Assembly (NCBI GenBank): GCA_964016885.1
Contig: OZ024742.1
Coordinates: 125,054,001 to 125,118,000 of the forward strand
Direction of reading: 5' to 3'
DNA: 64,000 bases
DNA from: Eledone cirrhosa
Lineage: Eukaryota
Part shown: piece after piece, positions 25,330 through 38,636 of the stretch
Layout of the letters: every line of letters begins with the position of its first letter
Position numbering within the stretch: position 1 is the first letter of the stretch
Made by a program: the position numbers and the translations under genes
The notes under the pieces: generated by a model
What the model saw: only the letters and a program-made list of their open reading frames with translations
Database searches by the model: none
Told to the model about the DNA's origin: nothing

Positions 25330-26948
25330 TTAATTATAGTGTCGTTTATGTTTTCTGTGTGATGTGAGTGATTTGTATGTGTGTAGGGGGGATTTTTGAG
25401 GTGTTGTATAGTCTTTTTCTGTTAATATGGTGTTCTGTTGGATGTAGTGTAAGAATTGGTTGTTGTTCAAATTTAATTGTTTCTACTTTAGGCACAAGGC
25501 CAGCAATTACCAAGTACATTACTGGTACTTTATTTTATCGACCCCGTAAAGATGAAAGGCAAAGTTAACCTCGGCGGGTTTTGAACTCAGACTGTAAAGA
25601 GACGTAACTATGCTAGAAAGCATGGCGTCCGACCCTCTAACCATACTGCCAATTTTCACCGCCAATGTGAATTTGCAGTATGGGTTGTTGTTCAAATTTA
25701 ATGCTGTGTAGTGTGTATCGTTTTGTTTGCGTTTGTTGTGGGTTTGTTTCTGTTTCGCTTTTTGGTGATTTTTGTGGTGTTGGTGATGGTGGTGTTGGGG
25801 TTAATGATGGTGATGGTGTTGTTGTCTGTGGTAATGGGGCTGGTGATGGTGGTGTGGATGGTGACATAGCTGCCTTCACTTGTTTGTTAGTTTGTTTGTT
25901 TCGCCCTGCATTTTGTTTTTGGAGGGCGAAGGAAAAGGATTTGGGGGGGGGGTCTATTTTTTTTCTTTTTTCCAGGTACAGAGTCCCACTCCTCCTCGTC
26001 GTCACAATCAGTCTCCAGTTGGGATAGGTCGGGGAGTGGAAAATCCTCCGCATGCGTTGGTTTTGGCTGTGGCGTGGTGGATGGTGGAGGCGCTGGCGCT
26101 AATTCTGGCACGGTGGGTGGTAGTGGTGTTGGTTTTTGTTACTGTTGCTGCAACAGTTGCTGGGGTTGTTGCTGCTACAGTTTCTTCTGTTGTTGCTGCT
26201 ACAGTTGTTGCTTCGATTTCTGCTGCTGGCAGGAGAGGTAGCCTCAACATTTTAGCCTGAGGGCAGAAAGCCTTTAGGTGTGTTTCTTCGCCATAAACGA
26301 CACACCTAGGCCTTCTACCCTCGACGATTACGCTGAGGTGGCTGCCTTCATTGAGGGGTATCACCTCTGGAATTTCCTGTATGTTGTTTTGGTCCTCTTG
26401 GATCAGGAGCTCCATCCCAGATCCGGACCAGTTCTCTTGCTTTACTTTTATCACCTCAATTACTTTAGTGTCGGCCTCGATGTCGGCGAGGACGGCAGCC
26501 ATTAGCCAGTGAATTTCAATGGCCTGCGGAACCTGGGTCACCCTGATCCTTACCAGCTTCTGACCACAATAGCTTGAGGCGAGTGTGAACTCGTCATTTT
26601 TTAATGGGGCCATGGAGTGCTCTCTGGCTTCCTGTGGGGTTCCAAAGAACACTTCCACGGTTCCATATTTTTGCCCACGTCTGATGTGGGTTTTTTGAGC
26701 CCACACATGTCCCAAAGCATTTTGTATCTGCGATATGACACGGTGTATAGGCGCCGTTGCTCCGTGGTATTATATGGGGGGGGGGGTGATGCTGACCCTG
26801 TAACCATATTCTTTTTTACCATTCGCTTAGCTTCATTCAATTTTTCCTGGTTTACCTCAACAGTTTCACTTTTGTTTGTCATTTTTGTGAACCCTGTTAC
26901 TCTGTTAGACTCGCTGTCAGCAGAATTGGGTAGCTCAAAGCCGTCCAT
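25330..26948 (-). pseudogene. Tx1-like ORF1 (RRM-like region, degenerate zinc knuckle, Thr/Pro-rich tail), frameshifted and SINE-interrupted
   Basis: ORFs 26601-26948, 26008-26715 (VIVEGRRPRCVVYGEETHLKAFCP) and 25637-26053 upstream of ORF2; the 3' boundary is approximate. Confidence 0.75.
25474..25663 (-). mobile_element. SINE nested in Tx1 ORF1
   Basis: Full SINE sequence; flanked by the direct repeat GGTTGTTGTTCAAATTTAAT (25458-25477, 25683-25702). Confidence 0.85.
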
Positions 26949-27899
26949 GTTTTTTTTTCAAAGAAATTTGTTGTTTGATAAATATAACAATTTAAATGTT
27001 GGGCTCAAGCAATATATGTGAACTTATAAACACTTAACAACAAACATTTTCCATAACTGGTAATTTGAAACAACTGAAAACAACAAATATTTGTGGAGTT
27101 GACGATAATACGAATTCCTACGTAAGTCGCCAATAATAATAATAATAATAATGTATGTATGTCCTACTACTACTAAATTAATCCGCATCTTTGTGGTGAC
27201 ATGATAAGATCTTTCCATCTTACAAGATCTGACATTAACTGCCACAGTTCTTCACCATATAATTCTCTACCTTCCTCAATAACTCTCTTTAATATCTTGA
27301 GGATTCTTCCGCCTTTGCATTTCACATTAGTGGCCTTACAAAGTAAAGGTTTTGTAGCAGTTTCGTTGCTTCTCATAATATAAACAGCAGTATAACACAA
27401 GTATAATCTGCTGTGAATTCGCTAGTTAATGTAAGGGAATCTAAAAACCTCAAAAGGAAAATTTAGATTAGTTAAAACTACAGTGAAATCAATCTTACTG
27501 TATTCCTGTGAATGATGGTCAGTGACAATACCTATCACCAGTTTTCTGCGGTTCCCAGAATGATAAAAACATCAATACTTTTGACGGTGCTACAAATAAA
27601 ATTCTCGATAACAAGCTCCCTCCCATTAGCCATTACCATCCTTGTTAGGTGTCTTCAACCTACAATATAAACCAATTATAATGAATTATAACACACAAAA
27701 CCCAGGTAAAACTAGATAGGAAAACAAATAAACTACTTATTTACGCAATATATAGAGGAAATAACTATACGCAGGTCTATATGCCTTAATATTTATTATC
27801 TTAATCTGACGTCATCGTTTTCACAAAGGGAATCAAGTTGCCTGCAGTGAATTAGCTACCGATCTCACTTACCTATCATTTTTATAAAATATTTCGAGA

Positions 27900-28520
27900 A
27901 GGTGGTGAATTCCCGAATATTTCATTTCATTGAATGTAACAATTTCCTTAATCTCAAGGATCATGTCTTCTATCATGGGAAAAAGTAATTAACAATTTGA
28001 TAACGTTCTAATGATTCTACAGTAGATTCTACTATAGAGTGTTGAATGCCTCCTTTTGAACAGAGCTCAGCTTGTAGTGAAAGACAGACTGCAATTAAAC
28101 TCAGCAAAAGCCGTTAGCGGTGTTCCAGAAGAAACTGTGTTGAGCCAACTCCGCTACAATGTTTTCATAAATGACATGTTTAATATGACTCATGAGTTCT
28201 ATTAATTGTTAACATTACCTGGTCACTTTGCATTGAAAGTAATGGTAGAGGGTCGGAAGTCATGCTTTGTAGCATACAGTTACGCCCCTTTACGGTCTGA
28301 GTTTTAATCCCACCAAGGTTAACATTGCCTTTCATCCTTACGGGGTCGATAAAATATAGCACCAGTAATACACTGGAATAATTGCTGGCCTTGTGCCAAA
28401 AGTAGAAACAATTATTTAGAGATTACATTTGAATTTCTATGTAATGTTTGTAAACACCTGTATTAAACAAGGATAATTTTGAACCAGATCCATTGGTCTT
28501 TCTATGTCAGAATGGAAGAT
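27900..28520 (+). mobile_element. CR1/L2-group RT remnant interrupted by a SINE (~28233-28414, +)
   Basis: ~28113-28178 translates VSGVPEETVLSQLRYNVFINDM (SGVPQG..FIND motif); SINE head, core and tail are recognisable. Confidence 0.6.
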
Positions 28521-28921
28521 GGAATGATGCCAACACAGATATATTATGGGGACAAACCAGAGAGAAATGCCACATCATAAACCAGGGAAGCGGTTTAACG
28601 ATGTTATAAAAAGCAATCTTAACACTTTGGATATTGATGACGAAAAATGTTAGGGAAGAACACATTGATTATTCATTTTGTTTTGAACCGTTTTCGTTTT
28701 TACATTTGAAAAGAAGGTTAAAAGGTCTTAAATATTATGTTCAAATATTACATTATCATGTTTTATTTGTCATCCTTTGCCTTTTATAACTTCTACCGCA
28801 TTGTGCCGCCTTTCTAAAATATTTTAATCATATATTTAATATGCCTGTAGTGAGAATGGAGTATGTGTCATCATTGTGTCAAGATAAGGTTGTGGTATTC
28901 ATTTTATCTACATTTTCAAAT

Positions 28922-28968
<47 letters not shown>

Positions 28969-29264
28969 CAATTTCAGGTTCCCTTCCCCCTTCCCCAATT
29001 GACACTTTATAATTAATACTACTACACCAAATGACCAGCCCTGTCCACTGTCCAATTGGTCAAGTATAGATTAAAATTGGCACTCCCAAAAATTCGTATT
29101 TAGATAAAATAAACCATTTACTCATGGTATTCTCATTAGAAACCCTTTATATACTTGTTTAGCAGTAAATTGAATTACCATCTGTCATATACTATCCCCT
29201 CTCTTCTTCCTCTATTACTAATATAAATACTTCAATTTTTCTGATTTTATCCAATTTATCCAAA

Positions 29265-29380
29265 ATCTCTGAAGAAGTGACAACTGATTATACATTTGCT
29301 ATCGAATACTTGCTAACATTATATGATTACGCAAGCAGCGATACATAGGTATTCGGTCTGTTACAGAAACATATGTCAAT
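29265..29380 (+). ncRNA. Hammerhead motif with ~90-nt stem II, stem I damaged
   Basis: ATCT-CTGAAGA-AGTGACA-ACTGA..CTTGC/GCAAG..TCGGT-C-TGTTACA-GAAAC-ATAT-GTC^AAT; AATAAA at 29385; the element (~28968-29435) lies between two (TA)n tracts. Confidence 0.7.
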
Positions 29381-29850
29381 ACCTAATAAATTCCTTTTTT
29401 AAAAAAAGCACTTTCATTTTATATTCATCTTTTCTATATATATATATATACATATATATATAAGTCGGCAGACCTCGCAAAGACTCTATATCTTTATGAT
29501 GTATTGTTTTTGTTTATGCCACGAAACTACGTAGTCGAGGAATCTAGGAGCAGTTTAGGTATGATACATTTTATTACTAATTATATCTAAATGTTTCTTC
29601 TCTCTTCATAATGTATTTTTAACTCTGATACTGGTTCAGTCTAATTCAACCGGATTGGTCTGTCCCGGTCATTCATTGAACAACATCGGTGAGGTTGGCA
29701 CCATTAACTCACGGTTGGGTGTGGATGCATTCATGTATATGTGTGTGTCCGCATGTATCTGTGTGTTTCTAAATATATTGTTATATATATATATATGTAT
29801 ATATTGGAATGTGTTGGAAATTTCAACAGTTCGTTATGAAGCCATATATC

Positions 29851-29905
<55 letters not shown>

Positions 29906-30054
29906 TGTAATTTCCATCACACATTCCAATAGTATATTGATAGATGAAGGATTCAGCTTTTATGAATTTTTTAGTTGGCATGATTCTTTCTATTAGAATT
30001 TGCCGTTATATATTTACTGCTCAATGGGATTGACTTCATTCTGCTCAGAAGTCC

Positions 30055-31340
30055 AAGAGTCATCATCGTGCGTCAACCCTACCCGCCCCACAAGTGCCCT
30101 CTATCGCTCTTAGTCAAGTGCCACCACCTCCGCTTCTTCCAATGTGAAAATGTCCCTCTGGAGATCTTCCTTGAAAACGGCCTGCCATCTCGTGCGAGGC
30201 CTACTGCGTTTCCTCTTCCAGCATTCCGCTGTTGTATTGAACGAGAGTAAGGCCCTGGTTAGATGATCTGGTGTGAGGCGGAAGACAGGTCCATAACAGT
30301 CGATGCAAAAGATGGATATGAAGTGGAAGTGTGCAAGTACGCAGCTCTTTGTTAGAGATGTGATGGGACCATCTGACGTTCTTAATTGTCCGCTGCTGCA
30401 TGGAGCTCGATTTCTTCCGGCCAAAATTTATCCTGGTCATCCGTGATGACTTTGTTGCATATTTGGTTGAGCCGCACATCGGGATTATCTCCTGCATCTG
30501 CAGAGAAATCTAATACCGTTTGGAAAGAAAATTTGTGTTTTCCAGAACGTCACGTACAGACTGGTTGAATGTCTACTAGTTGTCGGTCTCGTCCGTGGTC
30601 AGGGCGCGGATAATTTAGAGGCGATACTGGCATCACAAACGTAAGACGAGTCAACGTTGGGCTGCTAATATTAATGTCTGTCAGCATGATTGTGATATCG
30701 GTGGATGGGATGTGTCCTAACCTCTGTTGGAGCGTCACGTATCAATTGTCCGTGAGCTCTGCAAGGTCTGTAGGGCCATAGGCCATGATGTTAGTCCTAT
30801 TCCCGTGCCGGTGGAGAAAACGGGCCTGTAGCAAATATACCCTCAATTTAGGGGCCCCTCTGTGTCTCAGGGCCACTCCAGATGTCACAGTGCCCTTCCG
30901 CCATGAATTGGCCTCTGCCAGGCCTGCATTTCTCGGAGACTCCAGGATGATGATATAGAGGGATAGCTCTCGTGACAGTAGAGAAGCCGCCACGGGCGAA
31001 GGAGAGACAGGACATTCCATACATGAATCTTTTAGTGTAATTCGATTTCTCCTTGATCGGGTGTGAGCAGGAGTTCGTTCCGATGTTGAGCAGTCCGCTT
31101 TCTTCTGGTCGGTGTCGTAACAAGTTGATAATTTTCATGAGTGGGTTGTTGGACCTCCGTAGAATAGTCTTGGCGACAAGCCGATACACTGCAGGTCACC
31201 GTTTGTCTGGAATCTCCTCGAGAGACCGACCTACCATGGGTGGCCTAACCAGAAGCAAAGCTACAGACGTTAACGATCGCTTGGTTCAATGGAACACGCA
31301 GGTTCCTTCGCCAGGACAAGGCCAGACAGAGGAGGTGGTT
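30055..31340 (-). mobile_element. Internally deleted RTE-clade element (5' leader plus 3' end of RT ORF)
   Basis: RTE-type leader GCCTTGTCCTGGCG..GGCCACCCATGG..CCAGAC; C-terminal IKNVRWSHHISNKEL and RSRPRTRWQAVFKEDL; short GAT tail. Confidence 0.7.
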
Positions 31341-33269
31341 ATTTACAGCATAAATTATATTAACAAAGGTTTATTCATATATCTTTACTGAATTACATTC
31401 AAAGATCTTGGCTTTATTCCTAGGTTTTGAGCCTTTCCTACTTGCCATGATGCCCCTCATATTAATTATCCGAATATTGCTTTAAATTAAATGTCGGTTC
31501 AAATAGATTTGAGTAATTTTTCCCGATCTTTAAACCTAATGCGGGGAATTGGCAGAGTCAATAGAACGTCAGATAGAATGATTTGTGGTATTCGTTCTGG
31601 CTCTTTGATCGCTGCGTAAATATTCCACCGATGTCAACTTTGATTTTCAACCATTCGTGGTCGATAAAAAAGTACCCCTCTAGTACTGGAGCCGATTCTT
31701 TCTCTGTATCTCTTTCTCAATTGCTCTCTCACTTTCAATCCTTCTCTGGAAGAAATCTGCTGTAGTCAGGCCTGGAGAAAGGTGGGCTCCGACAGGCTTA
31801 AATATGTCATAGAAATACCGTATATCAATACGGCGCCCTACGAGTCCATCAGGAGCTACGGGACCATACCATACGATGTAAACCTAAGCATCAGTTGAAC
31901 AGACTCATGATTTCAGTCGCGGGCCTGTCTGTTTGTTTTCTTTTTAATTATATTTTTTCTTGATCTATAATAGCTACTATATATTAGCGTGGGAAATGTT
32001 TTAAGGCATATAGTGACGTTCTGAGTTCACATCCCTCTTGGATTCGCTTTACCTTTCATCTTCACGGGGTCAATAAAGGAAAATTTAGTAATTATTTCTT
32101 TTCAGACAAATGCCATGTAAAGGTCTCTTCAGTATAAGAGATCTTTCCTGTCGTTTTACAAAGTTGGCCATTAAACAAAGGAACTAATCAATAACACATA
32201 CTGATAATCTCACCTTTGGCACGTCATTTGAGTAAGGACTTTGGAACATTACTGCTGTTGAACAGCAATCGCTTTAGTCACATATGCAAATATTTGACAA
32301 TGCATTCTGTAAAGAGTAGTTTTAGTTCGGATAGAAATCAAGGAAATAAACCATTTGATTGAATATGGTAAATAATATACAAGTGTAATCCCTAGTATAG
32401 TTACGGGGGAGTTTTCGATAATTTTAGTTTTCAAAGTCATCCGACTGACAGGAAGTAAAAAATATAAATATAAATAATAATAATACGGTGTCATTTATTA
32501 ATGTGTGTATAGCGGAAGCAGACCGGAAATTATTGAAGAAGACGACAAACAGTGTATGTAAATATTTATATACAATAACATCAATCTTATCGTCTCCGAT
32601 TGTCTCTCCATCAATAGTTTGTCATTGATAAGTACAACAGAAGCAAAACCAACAGCTCGAGTAATTACAACAGCGACTAGAGCAAGAGTTGTAATAACAC
32701 CAACAGTAACATGAACAATACTACAAGCAATACTACACAATTCCTCTATAGAAAACCTATTATTGAAATTACTTTTCGGCTCTGATTGTCGATATCATAA
32801 TTAAACTTATCTGCCGCATTCAATGTATAGTAGCATTGATCGAGTTTCAAACAACTTTCAAGGATAAATTTCGTATTGTTTATAATGGTAGTTTGTCATA
32901 TCGTAACACACTTGTAGCTATAGCATTTTCCTATTGTCGTTAACATCCTGATTTGAAGCAATCATGGCGCAGTGGTGTATAAGTCTATTTCGCAATCATG
33001 AGGCCAGGGGTCCGATCTTATTGTGTAGAGTGCAGATGGTCTAGCTTCTTATTTTTGCATCATTGCTAATTCGGTTACGAGATGATGATAAACGTACGCG
33101 TGCATGTAGAACAAACTTCAAATATATAGGCGTTCATTTGCTCGAAGAATTGTCTATTCATCAACTGACGGATGATACTTACTAATACCCACCCTGTAGT
33201 CATGTTACACCTTTCTGTGGAAACATAAGCTCACAGAACCTTAATTAAATACATATACGACGTAGATGG

Positions 33270-33344
<75 letters not shown>

Positions 33345-33409
33345 GAAAAATTGAACAGGGACAGAACAGAGAGGCAGTACGATAAATGTTTATTAAATTC
33401 ACGATATAT

Positions 33410-34985
33410 ATATATAATAACAGGAGGCTGAACTGGTGTAAATCCTTGAAAGGTTTATTATACTATGATCATTTCAATAACCGGGTTCCATATGAATCCG
33501 GTGATATCATCAGGTATTCGAAATATAACAAAGGAATATGTAAAAACCATGGGTCCGAAAAAACAGAGACAGAGAGGACGACTGAGCAACTAGCTGCCTT
33601 CACCTCGGCCAGTCGCCCTCAAAGTGAAGGCTACTCGGTCTGCTAATGATCATCTGGTGAGGGGGGCGAAGGCTTATAATGTACTACCACCTCTAATGTG
33701 TGAACAGAAAATTGGAACGTTAAACTTGTGTTACGAGTTATAGGATGAAGTTAAATTAAAAAATAATAAATTGAAAAATAAATAAATAAATAAAGAATTA
33801 TTAGAAAATGTATTTAATGAACTTACAGAGAGAGTCTTATATGAAAAAAGTTAATCTGGATAAGATATCAGGGTGGGATATAGAGTAAAGATTAAAGCCA
33901 GCACCTCCTAACCACGTGTCAGCCGGTTTCGCGTGGTATCGTCCAGCGAAAGAAATGGAAATTAATTTTTCCGAGTACTCTAGGAACGTAGCTACCTTAG
34001 GCCCTGGGTGCGCTAGCGGGAAGTCTACAATTTCTGCAGGCCATCGTCTATACCAAACGAAAACTATTAATTCACACATGAGGGGTTTATTTACGTGCCT
34101 GTAGAGGCATGATACAGCTAACAGTTATGCCTAAGCCTAGAGTTTATAGGTATAAATATAATATGGCTGCGGGCGGGCCCGGGGCAAAGCCATCCGCTCC
34201 GAGTAATTTCGTTTAACGAAAGAGGTGAAAATTATTTTTCCAAGCACTCAAGGAAGGCTGAACTTTCCGAGTGCCCGGCGCGCAGCCGAGAAAAGCCACC
34301 ACATCATTCGAAGGTAGCAAAACCCAATGAAAAGTGCAAATAGACTATAATTATTTTAAAGTCCCAGTTCCAATTTTCTGTTCACACATTAGAACATACA
34401 GACTCCCATTATATATGCCTTTGTTAAAATATAGATTCTTTGGAATAACATTTTTCGCGGCGTTTTCTAGCATGACTGTAATGTGACCTTTACGCTGACT
34501 CCTTTCTTTTTTCTTCAATCTTTCTTTCTTTCTTCCCCTTTCTTATTCTTTGGCGGAGAGGTGGTAGTACATTATAAGCCTTCGCCCCCTCACCAGATGG
34601 TCATTAGCAGACCGAGTAGCCTTCACTTTGAGGGCGACTAGCCGCGGTGAAGGCAGCTAGTTGGTCAGTCGTCCCCTCTGTCTCTGATTTTTCGGACCCA
34701 TGGTTTTTTACATATTCCTTTGTTATATTTCGAATACCTGATGATATCACCGATTTCATATGGTATCCGGTCATTAAAATTATCATAATATAATAAACCT
34801 TTCAGGGATTTACACCAGTCCAGCCTCCTGTTATTTTATTTCTAATTAACTCCGTATTCGCACCACCAACTACACAAACGAAGACGGGCGAACTGCGCTA
34901 AGTGGAGTACTCCCCACAATATTACATCAAAATTGACCATACGGAACAACCAATTCTATCCAGTGGTGAACCAACAAGCATAAAG
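33410..34985. mobile_element. Penelope-like non-coding element with inverted terminal repeat (minus 33410-34369, plus 34370-34985)
   Basis: 33415-33716 is the inverted homolog of 34370-34392 plus 34556-34835; both carry the HHR; (TA)n on both outer sides; same family as 694-2630. Confidence 0.8.
33460..33517 (-). ncRNA. Type I hammerhead ribozyme motif
   Basis: ATAC-CTGATGA-TATCACCGGATTCATATGGAACCCGGTTATT-GAA-ATGATCAT-A^GTAT-AATAAA: 4-bp stem I and palindromic stem III. A decayed inverted copy lies at 34734-34791 (GAAA>AAAA). Confidence 0.8.
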
Positions 34986-35037
34986 ATATATATATATATA
35001 CCTAGCCTTAGGATCATCATATTTGTTATCTTTTCAG

Positions 35038-38000
35038 TTGTTGCCAATGCTGTAGTGGAGTACACCAAACAGTTCCAAGGGCTGTATGTGCCACCATTCC
35101 TCAAGAAATACACTTTTGTCTTCTTCGCAGTAGACAATGCGGATTTCACTGAGGACACTCCAGATGGTAAAGGTACCACCCATGGCACTATTACTGTCGT
35201 ATACCAGAAAGCTGATGCCCCTGGAGAACCAATTGCATCACCCCTAAATATCACTGATGCACAGAGTCTCTCTGTGACCCCATACCATACAGCTATAGTT
35301 CCTTGTGAGAAGCCAAAGCAGAAGACACCATCCAAGAAGAGGATGATTCAGTTTGCCATTGACAAAGAAGGTGTGGATAGTACCTACCAGCTCACACAAT
35401 GGGATGGGTCGTTGCCTACGCTGTTTCCCGAATGAACGATGGAGACTCGAGTCGAATTCCAGGCTGGGCAGGCTATAACTCACTTTTGTCGACAAGCCTA
35501 CCCTTAACTGAGGTTGAAACTCTACCTTTGCTCCCAGAAGTGGCGCATGAATGGCCAACATTGCTAACCGTTATGATGCAAGCAAATAAATTAAAAGAGC
35601 TGGCAGTTGCTGACAAGTACCTCACTGTCATTTCCTTCGACATGGCCCTCTACGAGAAAGCAGTACAGTTGGTTGATGCTAGGCCGGATTTGGAGGGCAA
35701 AGTGCTGCCAAGACTTGGTGAGTTTCATGTTGTCATGGCTGCGTTTAGAGCTCTCGGCTCTTCAATTGAAAACTCGGGAATAGACGACGCCTGGATGGAA
35801 GCCGATCTGTATAGTTCTGCCACAACCAGACAGACTCTCAAGTGCACACACTACAAGCGTTCGCTACGTGCACACATTTACTCCCACATGGCAGTTTATG
35901 AACTGGCATTGGATCAGTTCCAAGAGGACAATCCTCATCTGAAATATCTGTGTCTAGAAACAACGATTCAAGTGGAAGAGGCGGTTCAGAACAAAGGCAC
36001 CAAGGCTGAGTCTGTGAAGCATGCAAATGCTCATCTGCAGCAAGTATTAGCAGAGTATGATGTGATCAAGAAACTGCAAGACTGGGAAGCAGAGAAGTCT
36101 AAGAATGCCATGTTCAGATCATTGATGAACTATATGCATCGGGTAGAGAGAGTTCTGTACTTTGTAGCGACATCGCGGAATGCTGATCTGAATCTTCATC
36201 TTGAAGCTGGAGAAGCACCGAGTAAGCTATTCTTCTCAATGGACAGGTTAAAGTATAAGAGACTCTGGCCACGCTACATAGCAGATATGCACGCATTGAA
36301 GACCAACCACCCCGACCCATGGAGGGAACTTGAAGAGGGCAATATATCCATCAGCAAGAATGCCATCCCGTTCGTATCCATTGGAGGTGACCATGCCTGT
36401 GAACATCTTAACAAATTCATGAAAGTTCAAGATGGTCTCATTGGAATTTCCAAAAGTCCAAATTCAAGGCAACGCTTCTTTATGGCAGCTCCTGAAATGT
36501 CCTGCCTTGCAAAGGAGTTTAAGGACCAATTCGGTGTTGGGGAAAGCCATGCCCTTGAGCATCATGACCTATCTCCAGCTGCAATCAAGCGAGATCATGG
36601 AGCAGTAAGCAAAATCAAGAGTGCTATATTGACTCACCGCAATCCATTTGCTGCTGATGGGGAACACACTACAACTTGATAACTCATGCATATATCCCAG
36701 ATAAGTATGTAACTCAGATCTTGGAGATAGATGACACTGGACATAAGCTGTACGAAGAATATGTTGCTGAACGGATCAATGGGGACGTCAGCCTTTGGGC
36801 ACCAGTGAAGATACAAAAGAACGAGATGTTCACATCTAGCAACAAGAGACATGCTGTAAAGGTTCGTGACAAAACCATTGACATGAAGGAAACCAAATAT
36901 TTGTATGGCAGACTTATGGTTCTTGCCAGGTCAGACTGAGACGTGAACCAGAAAGAAGCAATTAGCAATTACGAGTTCACCTTGACGCCAAGAGCACTCT
37001 TTGCCCCAAATAGTTCAGTGTTGCCATGCACTAACAAGTCCAAACTCATTCCTCTCCTTGAGCAGATAGCATCAGAGAAAACAGCACAAGGCGATTCACT
37101 GCAAGATGAAGCCGCTGAAAAGGACATTCTCAACCACAACAGGAGGGTTGCGGTGGTAGATGGAATAGTGCTTATTCAGAAGCTGACTAAGAAACCAGCT
37201 ACCATGGTTACAGTGAGATATCTAAGCCAAAGTTTCTATGAAAGACTGATGAACCTCACGCAGAACTTTGACGAAATAATTCTCGTGTTTGACAAATATA
37301 AGACCGATTCCTTGAAGAATGCAACCAGGCAGAAGAGACGCCAGTAGAAGGATCCAGTCCAGTATCAAGTCAGAGATGAGATGAGCATCAAGCACATAAC
37401 CATGAAAAGACGAAGGCTGATTTGACCAAGTACTTGGTAGAAAAGACTCTGTACTACAGCAAATATTCCTCCAAGCTTGTCATCACTTCAGCATCTGGCC
37501 AAACCAGGCGCAACAATGATTTCGAACCTTTCAGTGAAAACAACCACGAGGAAGCTGACACACTGATGATATGCCTTGCAGTATCTTCAACGAGGCGAAA
37601 CCCAAGATATATGCAACTAACTTTTTTCTCACCTGGTTCTGGTAATTGCCAACTATGATTTTTTACCTAGGCACACCTCCAAGTCCATGGGATCAAGTGT
37701 TCTAAAGATCCAGCTATTCTGGGACGTTCTAGGTCCAGCAAAGGCGAAGGATTTACCTGCATTCCATGCCTTCTCTGGCGCCGATAATACGGGAAGGTTT
37801 GCTAGAGTAGGAAAGGCCACATGGTTCAATATCTTCCTTGAAGCTGACGATAACACAATTGACGCTCTGAAAAAGCTGTCTGATGATACTGAAGTGACTG
37901 AAGAACTTCTGACCAGCTTGGAAAGTGTTGTGTGTCCTGCCTACAGTCCAAAGGGAATCCAATTCTGTAAATACATGTCAGAGAGTGACAAGTTACCACC

Positions 38001-38354
38001 TACAGTTGGTGCCCTCAAGCAGCACATCTTAAGGGTACATGTGCAAGCACGAGTTTGGGCCAGGCAAGCACTCTCTAGCAAGTTCCGCTGGATCCAATGC
38101 AGAACGGCTACTACAAGGGAGATGATGGCCAACTAAAGCCAACCACTACTGATGATCCTCCAGCACCTAAAACCATCATTGAGAAGGTGAGATGCCAGTG
38201 CAAGGGAGATTGTTCCTCACAAAGATCTTCCTGCAGGTCAAAGAATCTGCAGTGCACCGACCTTTGCCTGTGCACCACACAGTGTGAAAATGACGCGGAA
38301 AGAGTTTATGAAAACCTTGACTTAGGTAATACTGATAGTGAGAGTGATGACTGA
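35038..38354 (+). pseudogene. Academ transposase-XPG nuclease-Cys8 zinc finger polyprotein, disrupted
   Basis: Collinear motifs FAVDNADF..DGKGTTHGT, ISFDMALY, RLGEFH, DHACEHLNK, VVDG, HEEADT, FHAFSGADNT, LPPT..LKQH..R..Q..W, CQCKGDC..CTDLCLC..CEN, across at least 7 ORF fragments. Confidence 0.85.
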
Positions 38355-38490
38355 TATCATGGTTATGACTGATTCCGTTCTAAAAGTGGCAATAACAAAG
38401 TGTGCACAAATTTGTATTCCTGCCTGTTAAAAGTCATGACTGATTTTATCGTGAAATGGAGAAAAGCAAAGTGTCCACGAATTAATTGAT

Positions 38491-38636
38491 TTATGTATTA
38501 AAATAAAGTGTGCGTGAAGACAAATTTAGTTTTATTTGTTTTATGTATTAAAATAAAGGGTACGTGAAGACAAATTTATTTTTATTTGTTTTATGTATTA
38601 AAATAAAGTGTACGTGAAGACAAATTTATTTTTATT
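38491..38636. repeat. Three tandem 50-bp units in the Academ 3' non-coding region
   Basis: TTATGTATTAAAATAAAGTGTACGTGAAGACAAATTTATTTTTATTTGTT at 38491, 38541 and 38591. Confidence 0.95.

Larger units (their letters stand above)
21704..27163 (-). mobile_element. Apparently full-length but inactivated Tx1/L1-clade LINE with 19-bp TSD
   Basis: ORF1 and ORF2 remnants; AATAAAGAAAGC 3' end; identical flanking CTACTACTACTAAATTAAT at 21685-21703 and 27164-27182. Confidence 0.88.

Noticed and set aside
38491-38636. CRISPR-like periodic repeat
   Set aside because: Contiguous tandem units with no unique spacers, no cas genes, eukaryotic context.
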